From: Candidatus Chisholmbacteria bacterium RIFCSPHIGHO2_01_FULL_52_32
GTDB taxonomy: Bacteria; Patescibacteriota; Microgenomatia; UBA1400; Chisholmbacteraceae
Assembly (NCBI GenBank): GCA_001816585.1
Contig: MHCJ01000003.1
Coordinates: 156,228 to 220,227 of the forward strand
DNA length: 64,000 nucleotides
Reading direction: 5' to 3'
This document shows positions 29,376-39,155 of this stretch, piece by piece; position 1 is the stretch's first letter; each line of letters begins with the position of its first letter. Under the pieces are notes generated by a model, which worked only from the letters and a program-made list of their open reading frames with translations, had not been told where the DNA came from and searched no databases. The position numbers were made by a program, and so were the translations under genes.

Positions 29376-30119
29376 ATGACCGAAGGCAATATACTTTCCG
29401 TATCAAACCTCAAGGTTACCTTTAATACCCATGTCATTTTGGATGGCATTCGTTTTGACGTGAGGCGGGACGGAACCTTGGCCGTCATCGGCCCGAATGG
29501 GGCAGGGAAGACCGTTCTGTTTCGGGCGATTTTAGGGCTCATCCCATACGAGGGTACGGTCGAATGGGCGCCTGATGTCCGGGTGGGGTATGTGCCGCAG
29601 AAGCTTTACGTAGGCAAGGATATTCCATTGACTGTCTCCGAATTTTTTCAGTTTAAGGAAAACGATTCCCGGAAGATTGCAGCTGTCCTTACCAGCGTGG
29701 GCCTGGGAGAAGGCGAATCCAAAGACTTCCATCGGGGCCAGAGGCTGCTACGGACCCGACTCGGAGTGTTATCGGGAGGGGAGCTGCAGAGGGTGCTGAT
29801 TGCGTTTGCGCTTTTGGGGAAGCCCAATGTGTTGCTGTTTGACGAACCGACAAGCGGGGTCGATATTTCCGGGGAAGAGACGGTTTATGCACTGATTGAT
29901 AAGCTCAAAAAAGAAAAAGATTTGACGATCATTTTTATCAGCCATGAGCTTGAGGTTGTTTATAATTATGCCGATACCGTGTTATGTCTCAACAAAGAGC
30001 AGGTTTGTTTCGGGCCGCCGAAGCAAGTTGTTGATAAAGAAAGTTTAGAAGCACTTTACGGTGAGAACGTTCAGGTATACCGGCATCAAAATCAGGGAGG
30101 CCATCATCATGGACATTAA
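29376..30119 (+). CDS. Zn/Mn ABC transporter ATP-binding protein (ZnuC-like)
   Basis: GPNGAGKT, YVPQ, LSGGELQR, DEPT, His-rich tail. Confidence 0.92.
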   Translation: MTEGNILSVSNLKVTFNTHVILDGIRFDVRRDGTLAVIGPNGAGKTVLFRAILGLIPYEGTVEWAPDVRVGYVPQKLYVGKDIPLTVSEFFQFKENDSRKIAAVLTSVGLGEGESKDFHRGQRLLRTRLGVLSGGELQRVLIAFALLGKPNVLLFDEPTSGVDISGEETVYALIDKLKKEKDLTIIFISHELEVVYNYADTVLCLNKEQVCFGPPKQVVDKESLEALYGENVQVYRHQNQGGHHHGH

Positions 30120-30879
30120 GCTTTTGCTACTTATCACCACCGGAGCGTTCGTAGGGGCCGCCTCGGGTTACTTGGGTTCGTTTATGGTGCTGAAACGCAT
30201 GTCTTTGGTTGGGGATGCGTTGAGCCATGTGGCGCTGCCGGGAATAGCGATTGCGTTGGCTTTGGGGATCGATCCGTTGCTGGGAGCCCTGGTGGCTCTG
30301 ACCTTGGCGGTGATCGGGATATGGTATTTGGGTGAACACTCGGAGATTTATCCGGAGGCTTTGGTGGGAGTCTTTTTTACCGCGAGCTTGGCAATCGGAA
30401 TATTAGTCACTCCGGAGCCGGAACTTCTCGAAGCTCTGTTTGGCGATTTGGAAAGGATCGGCTATTGGGATGGCCTTTTAACCATTGTTTTGGCAATGCT
30501 TATTTTTGTGGTGACCCGGAGGATTTCCAGAAGGTTACTCTTGGGGGTGGTTTCGGAAGACCTCGCGAGTTCAACCGGGGTGAACACCTCTCACGTCAAC
30601 TTCATTTATCTTCTGTTGGTAGGGGTGGTGGTGGCCTTGGGCGTAAAGTTTGTGGGCACTCTGCTGACGGGTGCGTTGGTGATTGTACCGGCGGTTGCAG
30701 CAAAGAATTTGGCAAAAAGCATCAATCATTTTTATGTCTTGGCTTCGCTAATCGGGGTCGTTTCGGTGGCAGTGGGGATTGTGATCGCCAAATTTGTCAG
30801 TGTTCCTTCCGGTCCGGCGGTGGTTTTGGTCAGCATTGCGATATTTATTTTGAGTTACGTTCTTAAAAACCGGAATTAA
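30109..30879 (+). CDS. Zn/Mn ABC transporter permease (ZnuB-like)
   Basis: KRMSLVGDALSHVALPG, LFGD, VG.LL..AL...PA, PSGP. Confidence 0.92.
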   Translation: MDIKLLLLITTGAFVGAASGYLGSFMVLKRMSLVGDALSHVALPGIAIALALGIDPLLGALVALTLAVIGIWYLGEHSEIYPEALVGVFFTASLAIGILVTPEPELLEALFGDLERIGYWDGLLTIVLAMLIFVVTRRISRRLLLGVVSEDLASSTGVNTSHVNFIYLLLVGVVVALGVKFVGTLLTGALVIVPAVAAKNLAKSINHFYVLASLIGVVSVAVGIVIAKFVSVPSGPAVVLVSIAIFILSYVLKNRN

Positions 30880-31040
30880 GAGAAGATGAATATTGATAAA
30901 ATGGGCTATCAAGTAGAGACCCTTGTACTCTGCACTCTCGCGGAACATCATACCTGCCAGGACGTTGTCTTCCGTTTCCCTTTCGCGTAATCTTTCAGTC
31001 TTCCCTTGCTCCAGAGGTCGAATTTTTGTACACTTGCAGC

Positions 31041-31526
31041 ATGAAGGAGAAAGATCTCAAGAAGTTCGTGCAAGAAATTGTCAATTATGCAAAGTCGATC
31101 AAGGACAAGCATACGGGGGAGGCGGATGCGCCGGTGAATTATGCCTGTATCTTCGCACAGAGCCAGGAGGAATTTGATGATCTGCTTACCACCGCCCGCA
31201 ATCTTGGAAAGGTAATCAAGGAGACTCCGACCGGTCCGCTGTTTCGGATTGAACCACTAAGGACCGTTTCCGGCCCCCTTCGACTACTCAAAGTACGAAA
31301 ACCTGATGTGACGAGAATAGAGAGAGGCGATGCGGATTTCACCGTTTCAGACTATCCTTCTTTCAAGAAAAGCGTTTTGAAGAAACCCGGATTTACGCTC
31401 ATTGAGCGTGAGGAATTTGAGATGATTGAACTCATGGATCCGGGGTTTGATGTCCGGGCGTATTTTTCCCATCCAACCTTGGACCGGCAGCTTGAGTTAC
31501 CATTGGTTGAGGATAGCAATCTTTGA
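31041..31526 (+). CDS. Hypothetical protein
   Basis: ORF with NYACIF, TPTGP, RGDADF motifs. Confidence 0.7.
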   Translation: MKEKDLKKFVQEIVNYAKSIKDKHTGEADAPVNYACIFAQSQEEFDDLLTTARNLGKVIKETPTGPLFRIEPLRTVSGPLRLLKVRKPDVTRIERGDADFTVSDYPSFKKSVLKKPGFTLIEREEFEMIELMDPGFDVRAYFSHPTLDRQLELPLVEDSNL

Positions 31527-31540
31527 AGAAGGATAGGTGA

Positions 31541-31577
31541 TTGACAAGGCGGTAAGAAGGTTATAACATTGTTCTAA
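31541..31577 (+). promoter_or_regulatory. Sigma70 promoter with overlapping palindromic operator for the TA operon
   Basis: TTGACA at 31541; TTATAACA-T-TGTTCTAA (31561-31577, 7/8 inverted repeat) over the -10 region. Confidence 0.6.
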
Positions 31578-31599
31578 CTTAGACAATCGGGGAGGGAGT

Positions 31600-31848
31600 A
31601 TGGAGCAGAGGGTGATTAAGATCGGGAATTCGGTTGGCGTTATTATTCCACAGCCATTAAGACGACAAATCAGGCTTCGTCCTGGGGAGAAGGTTATCGT
31701 TGAGGCAGATGTTGTCGCTAGGGAGATTGTCGTTCGCCGTAAGGGAACTATTTCCAAGCGTTCCTCTGTCACTCCCGAGTTTTACAAATGGCTTGAGAAA
31801 TTTAACCAGCGCTACGCAGGGGCACTTCGGGAACTTGCTGACCGTTAA
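31600..31848 (+). CDS. AbrB/MazE-type antitoxin
   Basis: KIGNSVGVIIP; C-terminal RY..ALRELA. Confidence 0.88.
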   Translation: MEQRVIKIGNSVGVIIPQPLRRQIRLRPGEKVIVEADVVAREIVVRRKGTISKRSSVTPEFYKWLEKFNQRYAGALRELADR

Positions 31849-32273
31849 TGGATCAGTCACCTCTCTTTCTTACGCTTGAACAAGTGCTGGCAATCCACGA
31901 TGACCAGATTGAGAGATACGGTGGAAGCCATGGTGTTCGAGACCTCTCTCTTCTGTTGTCCGCGATTGCCAGACCTCAAGCTACGTTTGGAGGCGAAGAT
32001 CTCTACCCTCATATTTTTCTCAAGGCGGCGGTTTTGATGCAAGGGATCATTCTCAATCACCCGTTTGTCGATGGGAATAAACGCACGGGTGTGGTGTCTG
32101 CCGCCAGATTTCTTTTTGTCAATGGATACCAATTTCATGCGAGCGGTGCGGCATTGATTCAAATGGCTCTCAAAGTCGAAGCGAAAACTATTTCTCCAGA
32201 AGAACTTGTCGGTTGGCTGCAGAAGAACTCGAGGAAGATGAGGAGGCGTTATTTGACGGTTAATCAAACCTAG
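31848..32273 (+). CDS. doc: Doc (death-on-curing) Fic-family toxin
   Basis: GGSHGVRD, HPFVDGNKRT; translationally coupled to the antitoxin. Confidence 0.9.
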   Translation: MDQSPLFLTLEQVLAIHDDQIERYGGSHGVRDLSLLLSAIARPQATFGGEDLYPHIFLKAAVLMQGIILNHPFVDGNKRTGVVSAARFLFVNGYQFHASGAALIQMALKVEAKTISPEELVGWLQKNSRKMRRRYLTVNQT

Positions 32274-32291
32274 TGGTATATTTATCTTGAT

Positions 32292-32867
32292 ATGGATCAA
32301 GGTGAGCAACCCAAACCGAGCTGGGAGGAAGCTTTTAAAGGCAAGGATGTTGTGCAAGGGGGGGAATTGGTAGACAAACTTCTTTCCGAGAGCATAGGTG
32401 TGCCGGTTTATGAACGACGCTTAGGAGACAGAAAAACTAAGGTTCTGGTCGATCGTCATCCTGGTGAGGAAGATGTTACAATTAGGCAAAAAGACGAGCA
32501 GGATAGAAGACTTTTGGGTCTGATCGTTCCAACAGAATCAAAAAATGAGTTTGTGTATTTAGGTGTTAACGAAGGAGGCTTTGTCTTCTGGGCATCGGAC
32601 GACAAAGTAGGCGACTTTCACCCGGATACAGCCCTCTCTTATGCGCTTAACTACAAGAGATTTGGGGATTATGCGGCTACTTCTATTAGCACTAAAGTGC
32701 TAAAAGATTTAAGGCTGACTTTCAGAGAGGAAGATGATCCAAACCGCTTTATGGAAATGGTTGTCTCAGCCGTTCACAAAGAACGTGAGAGACTGCAGTC
32801 AGTCAGGGGAAGGAGAGCTGTTGTTCGAGGAGAACTATTAAAAAAGTTGTTTGGTGAACAGGGCTAG
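32292..32867 (+). CDS. Hypothetical protein
   Basis: 191-aa ORF, lower GC. Confidence 0.65.
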   Translation: MDQGEQPKPSWEEAFKGKDVVQGGELVDKLLSESIGVPVYERRLGDRKTKVLVDRHPGEEDVTIRQKDEQDRRLLGLIVPTESKNEFVYLGVNEGGFVFWASDDKVGDFHPDTALSYALNYKRFGDYAATSISTKVLKDLRLTFREEDDPNRFMEMVVSAVHKERERLQSVRGRRAVVRGELLKKLFGEQG

Positions 32868-33121
32868 CTTCAGGGGGTTCTTAAGGTTTGATTTCCAAGA
32901 TTCTGTTTATTTGCCCATGCAGATGATAAAATTCGGCCATGTCGTATCTTTCTTGCGGGATAGGAGGTCTTTCTAATGCTCGCCCCGAACCAGAGCGGAT
33001 CTCGGTACGGGGTAGGGAAGCTTGGTATGGGGCTCGAATGCGGAGTTTACTGGAGGTGGAGATTGTAGAGATTAGAGGATGTTAGAGGAGATCAGAGGAG
33101 GTTAGAGGAGGAAATAGAGCT

Positions 33122-34120
33122 ATGTCATTAAGTGTAGGAATTGTAGGGCTTCCGAATGCGGGGAAGAGTACTCTCTTTAATGCGCTCGCCGCACGGCGGC
33201 TGGCGGAGACTGCGGCCCGGCCGTTTACGACGATTGAGCCGCACGAGGCGGTTGTGCCGGTGCCCGACGAGCGCCTGCGCAGGCTTTCCGGGCTTGTGAA
33301 ACCCCAGGAGACCGTTCCCGCGACCGTGACGTTCATTGACATCGCAGGACTAGTCAAAGGGGCCCATCAGGGTGAGGGGTTGGGGAATCAATTCTTGGCA
33401 AAAATCCGGGAGGTGGATGCCCTTGTTCATGTCGTTCGGGCGTTTGTCGATCCGGGAGTTTCCCATACAGGCGCGACGCACGAGCCCGGGAGTGCGGAGC
33501 AAATAATCGAAGATATCGAGAATGTGAATATGGAGCTTGAGCTCGGAGGAATTGCAAAAAGGCCGACCATTTACGTTCTCAATATCGGCGAGCAGAATGT
33601 CGGAGCTTCGGAATCCCAGCGGCTCACCGAGCTTGTCGAGGGAAAGTTCGGCAATACGGCAATTGCTGTTTCGGCAAAGCTTGAGGAGGAGCTCATCGAT
33701 TTAGCGCCTGATGAAAGAAAGCAATATCTGGCCGAGGTTGGTGCTCAAGAGTCCGGTCTTATACAGATTATCAAAAGAGCGTATGAGCTGTTAAGCCTCG
33801 TCACGTTCTATACCATCAAAGGCGGAGTTGAGCTCCATGCGTGGAGCATCAAGCAGGGGGAGAGTGCTCTTCAGGCAGCGGCCAAGGTTCACAGCGACTT
33901 TGCCAAGGGGTTTATCAAGGCAGAGGTGATTGGAGTGGAGGAGCTTCTGGGATTCGGCGGACCCGCCTCGACTCGCGGAGAGGAGCCAGCTTCGCAGAAT
34001 CTAGGTGAGTCGACACAAGGCGGGTGGAAGGCGGCGAAGGAGCATGGGAAGGTGAGACTCGAGGGAAGGGATTATGCGGTTGCGGATGGAGATGTGATTG
34101 AGTTTAAGGTGGGTGGATAG
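33122..34120 (+). CDS. ychF: YchF ATPase (short helical domain; 21-aa palindrome-derived insert)
   Basis: GLPNAGKST, DIAGLVKGA..GEGLGN.FL, HSDF..GFI.AEV, RLEG.DY.V.DGD. Confidence 0.93.
   Translation: MSLSVGIVGLPNAGKSTLFNALAARRLAETAARPFTTIEPHEAVVPVPDERLRRLSGLVKPQETVPATVTFIDIAGLVKGAHQGEGLGNQFLAKIREVDALVHVVRAFVDPGVSHTGATHEPGSAEQIIEDIENVNMELELGGIAKRPTIYVLNIGEQNVGASESQRLTELVEGKFGNTAIAVSAKLEEELIDLAPDERKQYLAEVGAQESGLIQIIKRAYELLSLVTFYTIKGGVELHAWSIKQGESALQAAAKVHSDFAKGFIKAEVIGVEELLGFGGPASTRGEEPASQNLGESTQGGWKAAKEHGKVRLEGRDYAVADGDVIEFKVGG
33962..34024. mobile_element. 63-nt palindromic element inserted in frame in ychF
   Basis: CCCGCCTCGACTCGCGGAGA...GGCGGG; first 20 nt identical to the reverse complement of 49201-49220. 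Confidence 0.8.
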
Positions 34121-34173
34121 GGTATTTTTGTCCTTAAGGACTAAAGAATTGTCTTCGCTTGTTCCAAGCAGCG

Positions 34174-34368
34174 AGTTCCTTCTTTGCTCACCCAAAGAAG
34201 GAACTAAGAAAGGGTGCCCCGTGCTTCGTCGGTGGCTTCACCTTCGCTTTTTGCTTCGGGAACTCCTTCCGAAATTCACTCGAGGCCTTTCAGTCTCGGG
34301 TTCAGTTTCGGCTTTCCTCTCGTAAAAAGCGGGTTCAGCTACCCCGACTTCGCAAAGGGGATTAAAAG
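34174..34368 (+). repeat. Structured element copy B
   Basis: 13-bp inverted repeat, AAGAAA, GGGTG pairing with CACCC; shares AACTCC, ATTCACTCGA and CTCGGGTTCA with copy A. Confidence 0.6.
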
Positions 34369-34442
34369 GGAAAAGAATAGGTCTGTTTCCAGGTAGGAGG
34401 CTGGGTCTTGAAGATCGGGACTCCAGCCTGGGTATAAGGCTC

Positions 34443-34955
34443 TTAATCCGGTTTCCCGGTTGTTGCTAAGTTGCGAAGCGTGGTTTTTATGAGTGCTAAC
34501 GTTTCACCTCTTCTGTTTTCCGGATAGATGATCCCCCCGCCAGAATTTCGTGCCTGGTCGAGTTGTCTGAAGAAGCCGACCCAGATGCGTGGTTCTTGCG
34601 GATCAATGCCGAGGAAGAGTCCGGTTACGTCAAGCAGCCAACGAGACAGGGGTGCGGGGATTTCCCGAGGTGAGTTCGCAAAGAAAAAAAGCTGACGGTG
34701 GGTGTTATCAAAGATGAGGCTGTGAACCGGGATTCCTCTGGTATCTTGTTCAAGCGGTTTGTCCTTGTCTTCTCGGAGTCGAAGCTCAACGCTCTGCTCT
34801 CCCCGTACGACCAATATCCCTCGTTCCCTCTGGATCTCGGAGTACGGAAAATGCTCTTTCAGTCCTCGGCCAACCTCATCAAGGATCGTTTTTGGATACA
34901 GGGAGGAGACGATCTCCTCAGGAATTCTTGGTCGCTCTGGCTCTACCATCACCAC
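34443..34955 (-). CDS. Hypothetical protein
   Basis: 170-aa ORF with GGAGGTG SD upstream. Confidence 0.65.
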   Translation of the reverse strand: MVMVEPERPRIPEEIVSSLYPKTILDEVGRGLKEHFPYSEIQRERGILVVRGEQSVELRLREDKDKPLEQDTRGIPVHSLIFDNTHRQLFFFANSPREIPAPLSRWLLDVTGLFLGIDPQEPRIWVGFFRQLDQARNSGGGIIYPENRRGETLALIKTTLRNLATTGKPD

Positions 34956-35064
34956 CGTTCACCTCCATTTCAGGCGAGGGGATTATAGCATTTTCCGCCA
35001 TCTGGCCAGCTTCGCTTTGGTATGCTATACTACGTCCTGTTTATAAGCAATGGGTTTGGGTGTG

Positions 35065-35343
35065 ATGAAGAGAACATACGAGTTGACGGTTGTCTTCCCG
35101 CAAGCCTCCGTAGACCTCACAAAAATAACTAAGTCCCTGGAAAACCTCATCGGGAAAGCAGAAGGGAAGGTCGTTTCTCGCGAAGATTGGGGGGAGCGGG
35201 AGCTTGCCTATCCCATAAAGAAGCAGAAAAAAGGGGTCTACTTCCTCTATCTTGTGGAACTTTCGGTTGACAAGGTCGCACAATTGGATAAAGAATTGAG
35301 GCTTATGTCTGAGCTTTTACGTTACCTTATTGTATGCGTTTAA
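35065..35343 (+). CDS. rpsF: 30S ribosomal protein S6
   Basis: YEL, WGERELAYPIKK, LRYL; rpsF-ssb-rpsR order. Confidence 0.93.
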   Translation: MKRTYELTVVFPQASVDLTKITKSLENLIGKAEGKVVSREDWGERELAYPIKKQKKGVYFLYLVELSVDKVAQLDKELRLMSELLRYLIVCV

Positions 35344-35428
35344 TTATTCGTTAATTAAATAGTTTTTGGAAGGCCCGCCATCGCCCATTCGACTACGCTC
35401 AGGGTTGCGGCGAGGCAAAGGAGGAAGG

Positions 35429-36004
35429 ATGTCCGTACGATCTTTAAACAAGGTGATGCTGATAGGGAACCTTACCCGGGATCCGGAGCTCCGGTATACC
35501 CCGCAAGGAACGGCCGTCTGTACGTTCGGGGTTGCAACCAACCGGCAATGGACACCTTCCGAAGGGGGAGAACGCCAGGAAGAAGTCGAGTTCCACCGGA
35601 TTGTCGCTTGGGCGAAGCTCGCGGAAATTTGCGCCCAGATCCTTCACAAAGGACGGAAGGTCTACGTTGAAGGGAGACTGCAAACGAGAAACTGGACAGG
35701 CCAGGACGGGCAGGAACGGACGACAACCGAGATTGTCATTGATACGATGATTGCCATGGGACCGCCGCGTCCCGGTATGCCGGAGGAGTCTGAGGAATTT
35801 TCACAAGGAGAAGCCGCTTCGAAACCGAAACCGGCTGCAGTGCCGGATGAGGTATCAGCTCCCGAGAAGGCCGATGAGTCTGAGAAGAAAAAGGCGCCGG
35901 TAAAGCCGACGAAACCGGCAAAGGAAGCAGCAGCTCCGGAGCCCGCGGACGGGGAAGAGAAAAAGGCGGACGAAGAGTTTTCAGAGGACGATATTCCGTT
36001 TTGA
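35429..36004 (+). CDS. ssb: Single-stranded DNA-binding protein
   Basis: LNKVMLIGNL.RDPE, VEGRLQTR, C-terminal DDIPF. Confidence 0.97.
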   Translation: MSVRSLNKVMLIGNLTRDPELRYTPQGTAVCTFGVATNRQWTPSEGGERQEEVEFHRIVAWAKLAEICAQILHKGRKVYVEGRLQTRNWTGQDGQERTTTEIVIDTMIAMGPPRPGMPEESEEFSQGEAASKPKPAAVPDEVSAPEKADESEKKKAPVKPTKPAKEAAAPEPADGEEKKADEEFSEDDIPF

Positions 36005-36020
36005 GGAGGAGTGAGGGGGA

Positions 36021-36155
36021 TAAGTTAAAAATTCAAAGTTAAAAGTTAAAAATTACAATTCAAAATTAAAAGTTTCTCTCCTAACTTGTAACTTTAAACT
36101 GCAACTTTGAACTTTACACTTTACACTTTAAACTTTTTACCCCTATACCCTAACC
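36021..36155. repeat. Inverted pair of AAAGTTA/TAACTTT heptamer arms (empty cassette-like)
   Basis: A-rich arm, short spacer, T-rich reverse-complement arm; closely similar to 49870-49983. Confidence 0.85.
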
Positions 36156-36163
36156 GATATCTT

Positions 36164-36427
36164 ATGCGAAGACGAAGACGAGAAGAACCAGAACGACCGC
36201 AGCGGGGACCGAGGATGCCATCGGTGCCGAAAGTCTGCCCGTTTTGCACGTCAAAGACTACTCCTGATTACAAGAAGGTGGAGTTTCTTTTGCCGCACCT
36301 TACCGATCGGGGAAAGATTGTCGGCCGGGGACGCAGCGGTCTCTGCGCCACGCATCAACGGAGGCTTACTGTCGCCGTGAAGCGGGCTCGACATTTGGCG
36401 CTCCTTCCGTTTGTTCAAACTGTTTAG
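36164..36427 (+). CDS. rpsR: 30S ribosomal protein S18
   Basis: CPFC, DYK, GKI, HQR....[12 protein letters not shown]. Confidence 0.95.
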   Translation: MRRRRREEPERPQRGPRMPSVPKVCPFCTSKTTPDYKKVEFLLPHLTDRGKIVGRGRSGLCATHQRRLTVAVKRARHLALLPFVQTV

Positions 36428-36493
36428 GCTTTTAAAACTAACCATGAAACTGCCCTTTGTGGAACTGTCTTCCTTGCTTTTGACATACACCGT

Positions 36494-37801
36494 ATGATTG
36501 TCCGACCAATTTCGCTGGTGAGAATCCGTTCGTTCTTCCTTGTACTTTCTTTGATTGTCCTTTCGGTTGGTACCGGCTTTTGGTATGGGCGGCGATCGAT
36601 CACGACAGACTTTTCAAAACTTCCGCCGAAAGTTGAAATCATCAATCGTGCCCAGCCCCCAGAGCACCGGACGGTTGATTTTTCCCTGTTTTGGCAGGTT
36701 TGGGATGAGCTTGCCGGTAGCTATATTACTCCTGACTCGCTTGATCCCGAGAAGATGGTTTTTGGGGCGATTTCAGGAATGACCTCCGCAATTGGGGATC
36801 CCTACACGGTTTTCTTGCCGCCCATGGAAAACAAACAGACAAAAGAGAATCTATCCGGGAAGTTTGGGGGAGTAGGAATTCAGCTCGGATTTAGGGATCG
36901 TGCACTCTCCGTTGTCGCCCCGCTCTCCGGAATGCCCGCGGAGCGGGCTGGGATAAAGGCGGGGGATTTTATTCTCCACATCAAGGATGAGGGCGCAGGT
37001 GTTGATAAGGATACCCAAGGTATGCCCCTGCCTGAGGCCGTGAACTTGATCCGGGGGAAGCTCGGGACAAAGGTTCTCTTGACTTTGATCCGCGAGGGAC
37101 AGACCAAACCGTTCGATGTCGAGCTTGTCCGCGAAGAGATTGTGATTCCGAGTATCGAACTCACGTGGTTACCTCCAGATGAGGCGGCTCGGAAACTGGT
37201 AACCAAAGAGACGGAAATCCCGGTCGGCGAAAAGGTTGTAGCCCATCTTGCGGTGGCGCAATTTGGTGACCAGACTGATGGGGAATGGGACCGCGCTGTT
37301 TCGGACATTCTCGACCGGGAAAGCGATGTTGTCGGGATCGTCCTTGATTTTCGAAATAATCCCGGCGGCTACTTGTCCGGAGCTATTCGTATGGCTTCTG
37401 AGTTCCTTTCGGAAGGAACTGTGGTGGTGCAACAGGGAAGGGTCCGCAGCGAGACCTTCCCGGTAGAGGAACCTGGTCGCTTGACCGATCTTCCGTTCGT
37501 CGTTCTTGTCAACGGCGGGAGTGCCTCCGCTTCCGAGATTGTGGCCGGAGCTCTGCGTGACCGACGTGGCGCAGTGCTGGTTGGGGAGAAGACGTTCGGA
37601 AAAGGAACGGTTCAGGAAGCGAGGGATTTGCCCGGAGGGGCAGGACTCCACGTGACGACGTCGAAATGGATTCTGCCCAGCGGTGAAGCAATTAACGCCA
37701 AGGGTTTGACCCCGAATATCGAGGTTACCCTGACGGAGGAGGAGAATGGCATTGATGAACAGCTTGAGAAGGCGATCGAAACCTTGCTGAAGCAACAGTA
37801 A
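36494..37801 (+). CDS. ctpA: S41 carboxyl-terminal protease
   Basis: GDPYT, PDZ, DFRNNPGG, SASASE, TFGKG. Confidence 0.93.
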   Translation: MIVRPISLVRIRSFFLVLSLIVLSVGTGFWYGRRSITTDFSKLPPKVEIINRAQPPEHRTVDFSLFWQVWDELAGSYITPDSLDPEKMVFGAISGMTSAIGDPYTVFLPPMENKQTKENLSGKFGGVGIQLGFRDRALSVVAPLSGMPAERAGIKAGDFILHIKDEGAGVDKDTQGMPLPEAVNLIRGKLGTKVLLTLIREGQTKPFDVELVREEIVIPSIELTWLPPDEAARKLVTKETEIPVGEKVVAHLAVAQFGDQTDGEWDRAVSDILDRESDVVGIVLDFRNNPGGYLSGAIRMASEFLSEGTVVVQQGRVRSETFPVEEPGRLTDLPFVVLVNGGSASASEIVAGALRDRRGAVLVGEKTFGKGTVQEARDLPGGAGLHVTTSKWILPSGEAINAKGLTPNIEVTLTEEENGIDEQLEKAIETLLKQQ

Positions 37802-37839
37802 ATTAGTTCTATGGTTCTATTGCTTTATAGCTTAAGAAA

Positions 37840-38997
37840 ATGAGACGGTTTTTCATCGGCTTGGCAAGCGGTGTCCTTCTTGTCGTCGTTCTGCTTTCGG
37901 GGGCGACGATGGATCGGTTGTGGGGAATCCCACTCCTTGATCGTCTTTTTTCCCGTCAGGTGGGGACAATCGGCGGGAAATCTACGCTTGAGCAGCGAAT
38001 TCTTACAGAGGAATCGGCCGTCATTGAGGTTGCGGAAAAAGTAAGCCCTTCCGTAGTCACCGTTTCGGTGGTTCGGCAAAGTGACAGTTTCGACCCGTTA
38101 TCGGATCCTTTCGGGTCGCTTCGGCTTCCGGGGCGGGGACAACCTGCGACCCAAGACCGGGATATCGGCTCGGGATTCATCATCGATGCCGATGGGCTTG
38201 TCGTTACCAATAAGCATGTTGTCGATGATCCTTCCGAGACGTATCGGGTCGCGACCAAAGATGATACGGTCTATGAAGTGAAGAAGATCTACCGGGATCC
38301 CACGAATGATCTGGCGATCTTAAAGATTGATCCGCCAGCCGGCGGACTGCGGCCGATTGAATTGGGAGACTCGGGTGCCCTCAAGGTCGGACAGTTCGTT
38401 ATTGCGATCGGAACAGCCCTGGGAGAATTTCGGCATACGGTGACAACTGGGGTCATCTCCGGCTTGGGAAGAGGGATTCAGGCAGGTGATCCTTTCAGCG
38501 TTACTGTTGAAGAGCTTGATAATGTGATTCAGACTGATGCGGCCATCAACCCTGGAAACTCGGGCGGACCGCTGTTAAACAGCGCCGGTCAGGTCATCGG
38601 CGTGAACGCTGCGATTGCCGGAGGTGCCGAGAATATAGGATTTGCCATCCCGATTAATGTGGTGAAGGCGTCGCTTGAGACGTTTAACGCGACCGGAAAG
38701 TTTTCGCGGGCATTCCTTGGGGTTCGCTATCAAATGATCCCGAAGGAGTCGGCGCTCCTCAACGAAGTGCCTCAGGGAGCATACGTCATCGACGTTGTTG
38801 AAGGCTCCCCGGCTGACGGGGCAGGGATTGAGCAGCAAGATATCATTACCGCGTTTGACGGACAGGATGTTAATACCGACGGAGGTTTGGCCGCGATCAT
38901 CGGGAAGAAAAAGGTCGGGGATAGGGTTAGTTTTCAGGTTTGGAGAGATGGCAAGACGCTTGATCTTTCGGTTGTGCTCGGGGAGGCAGGGGAGTAA
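37840..38997 (+). CDS. HtrA/DegP-like serine protease with PDZ
   Basis: GSGFII, TNKHV, QTDAAINPGNSGGPL. Confidence 0.94.
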   Translation: MRRFFIGLASGVLLVVVLLSGATMDRLWGIPLLDRLFSRQVGTIGGKSTLEQRILTEESAVIEVAEKVSPSVVTVSVVRQSDSFDPLSDPFGSLRLPGRGQPATQDRDIGSGFIIDADGLVVTNKHVVDDPSETYRVATKDDTVYEVKKIYRDPTNDLAILKIDPPAGGLRPIELGDSGALKVGQFVIAIGTALGEFRHTVTTGVISGLGRGIQAGDPFSVTVEELDNVIQTDAAINPGNSGGPLLNSAGQVIGVNAAIAGGAENIGFAIPINVVKASLETFNATGKFSRAFLGVRYQMIPKESALLNEVPQGAYVIDVVEGSPADGAGIEQQDIITAFDGQDVNTDGGLAAIIGKKKVGDRVSFQVWRDGKTLDLSVVLGEAGE

Positions 38998-39155
38998 GCG
39001 AGCGGAGCTCGCTCAGTTAAAAGTTTAAAGTTCAAAATTTAAAGTTATCCCAGTGCCAGCTCCGTGAGAAAAGTGAACATCTCACCGGACGGGTGAGGGT
39101 TTGGTCTTGAATATTGTTGATCCTCAAACCTCATAAGTGAAGCGACCAACCTTTT

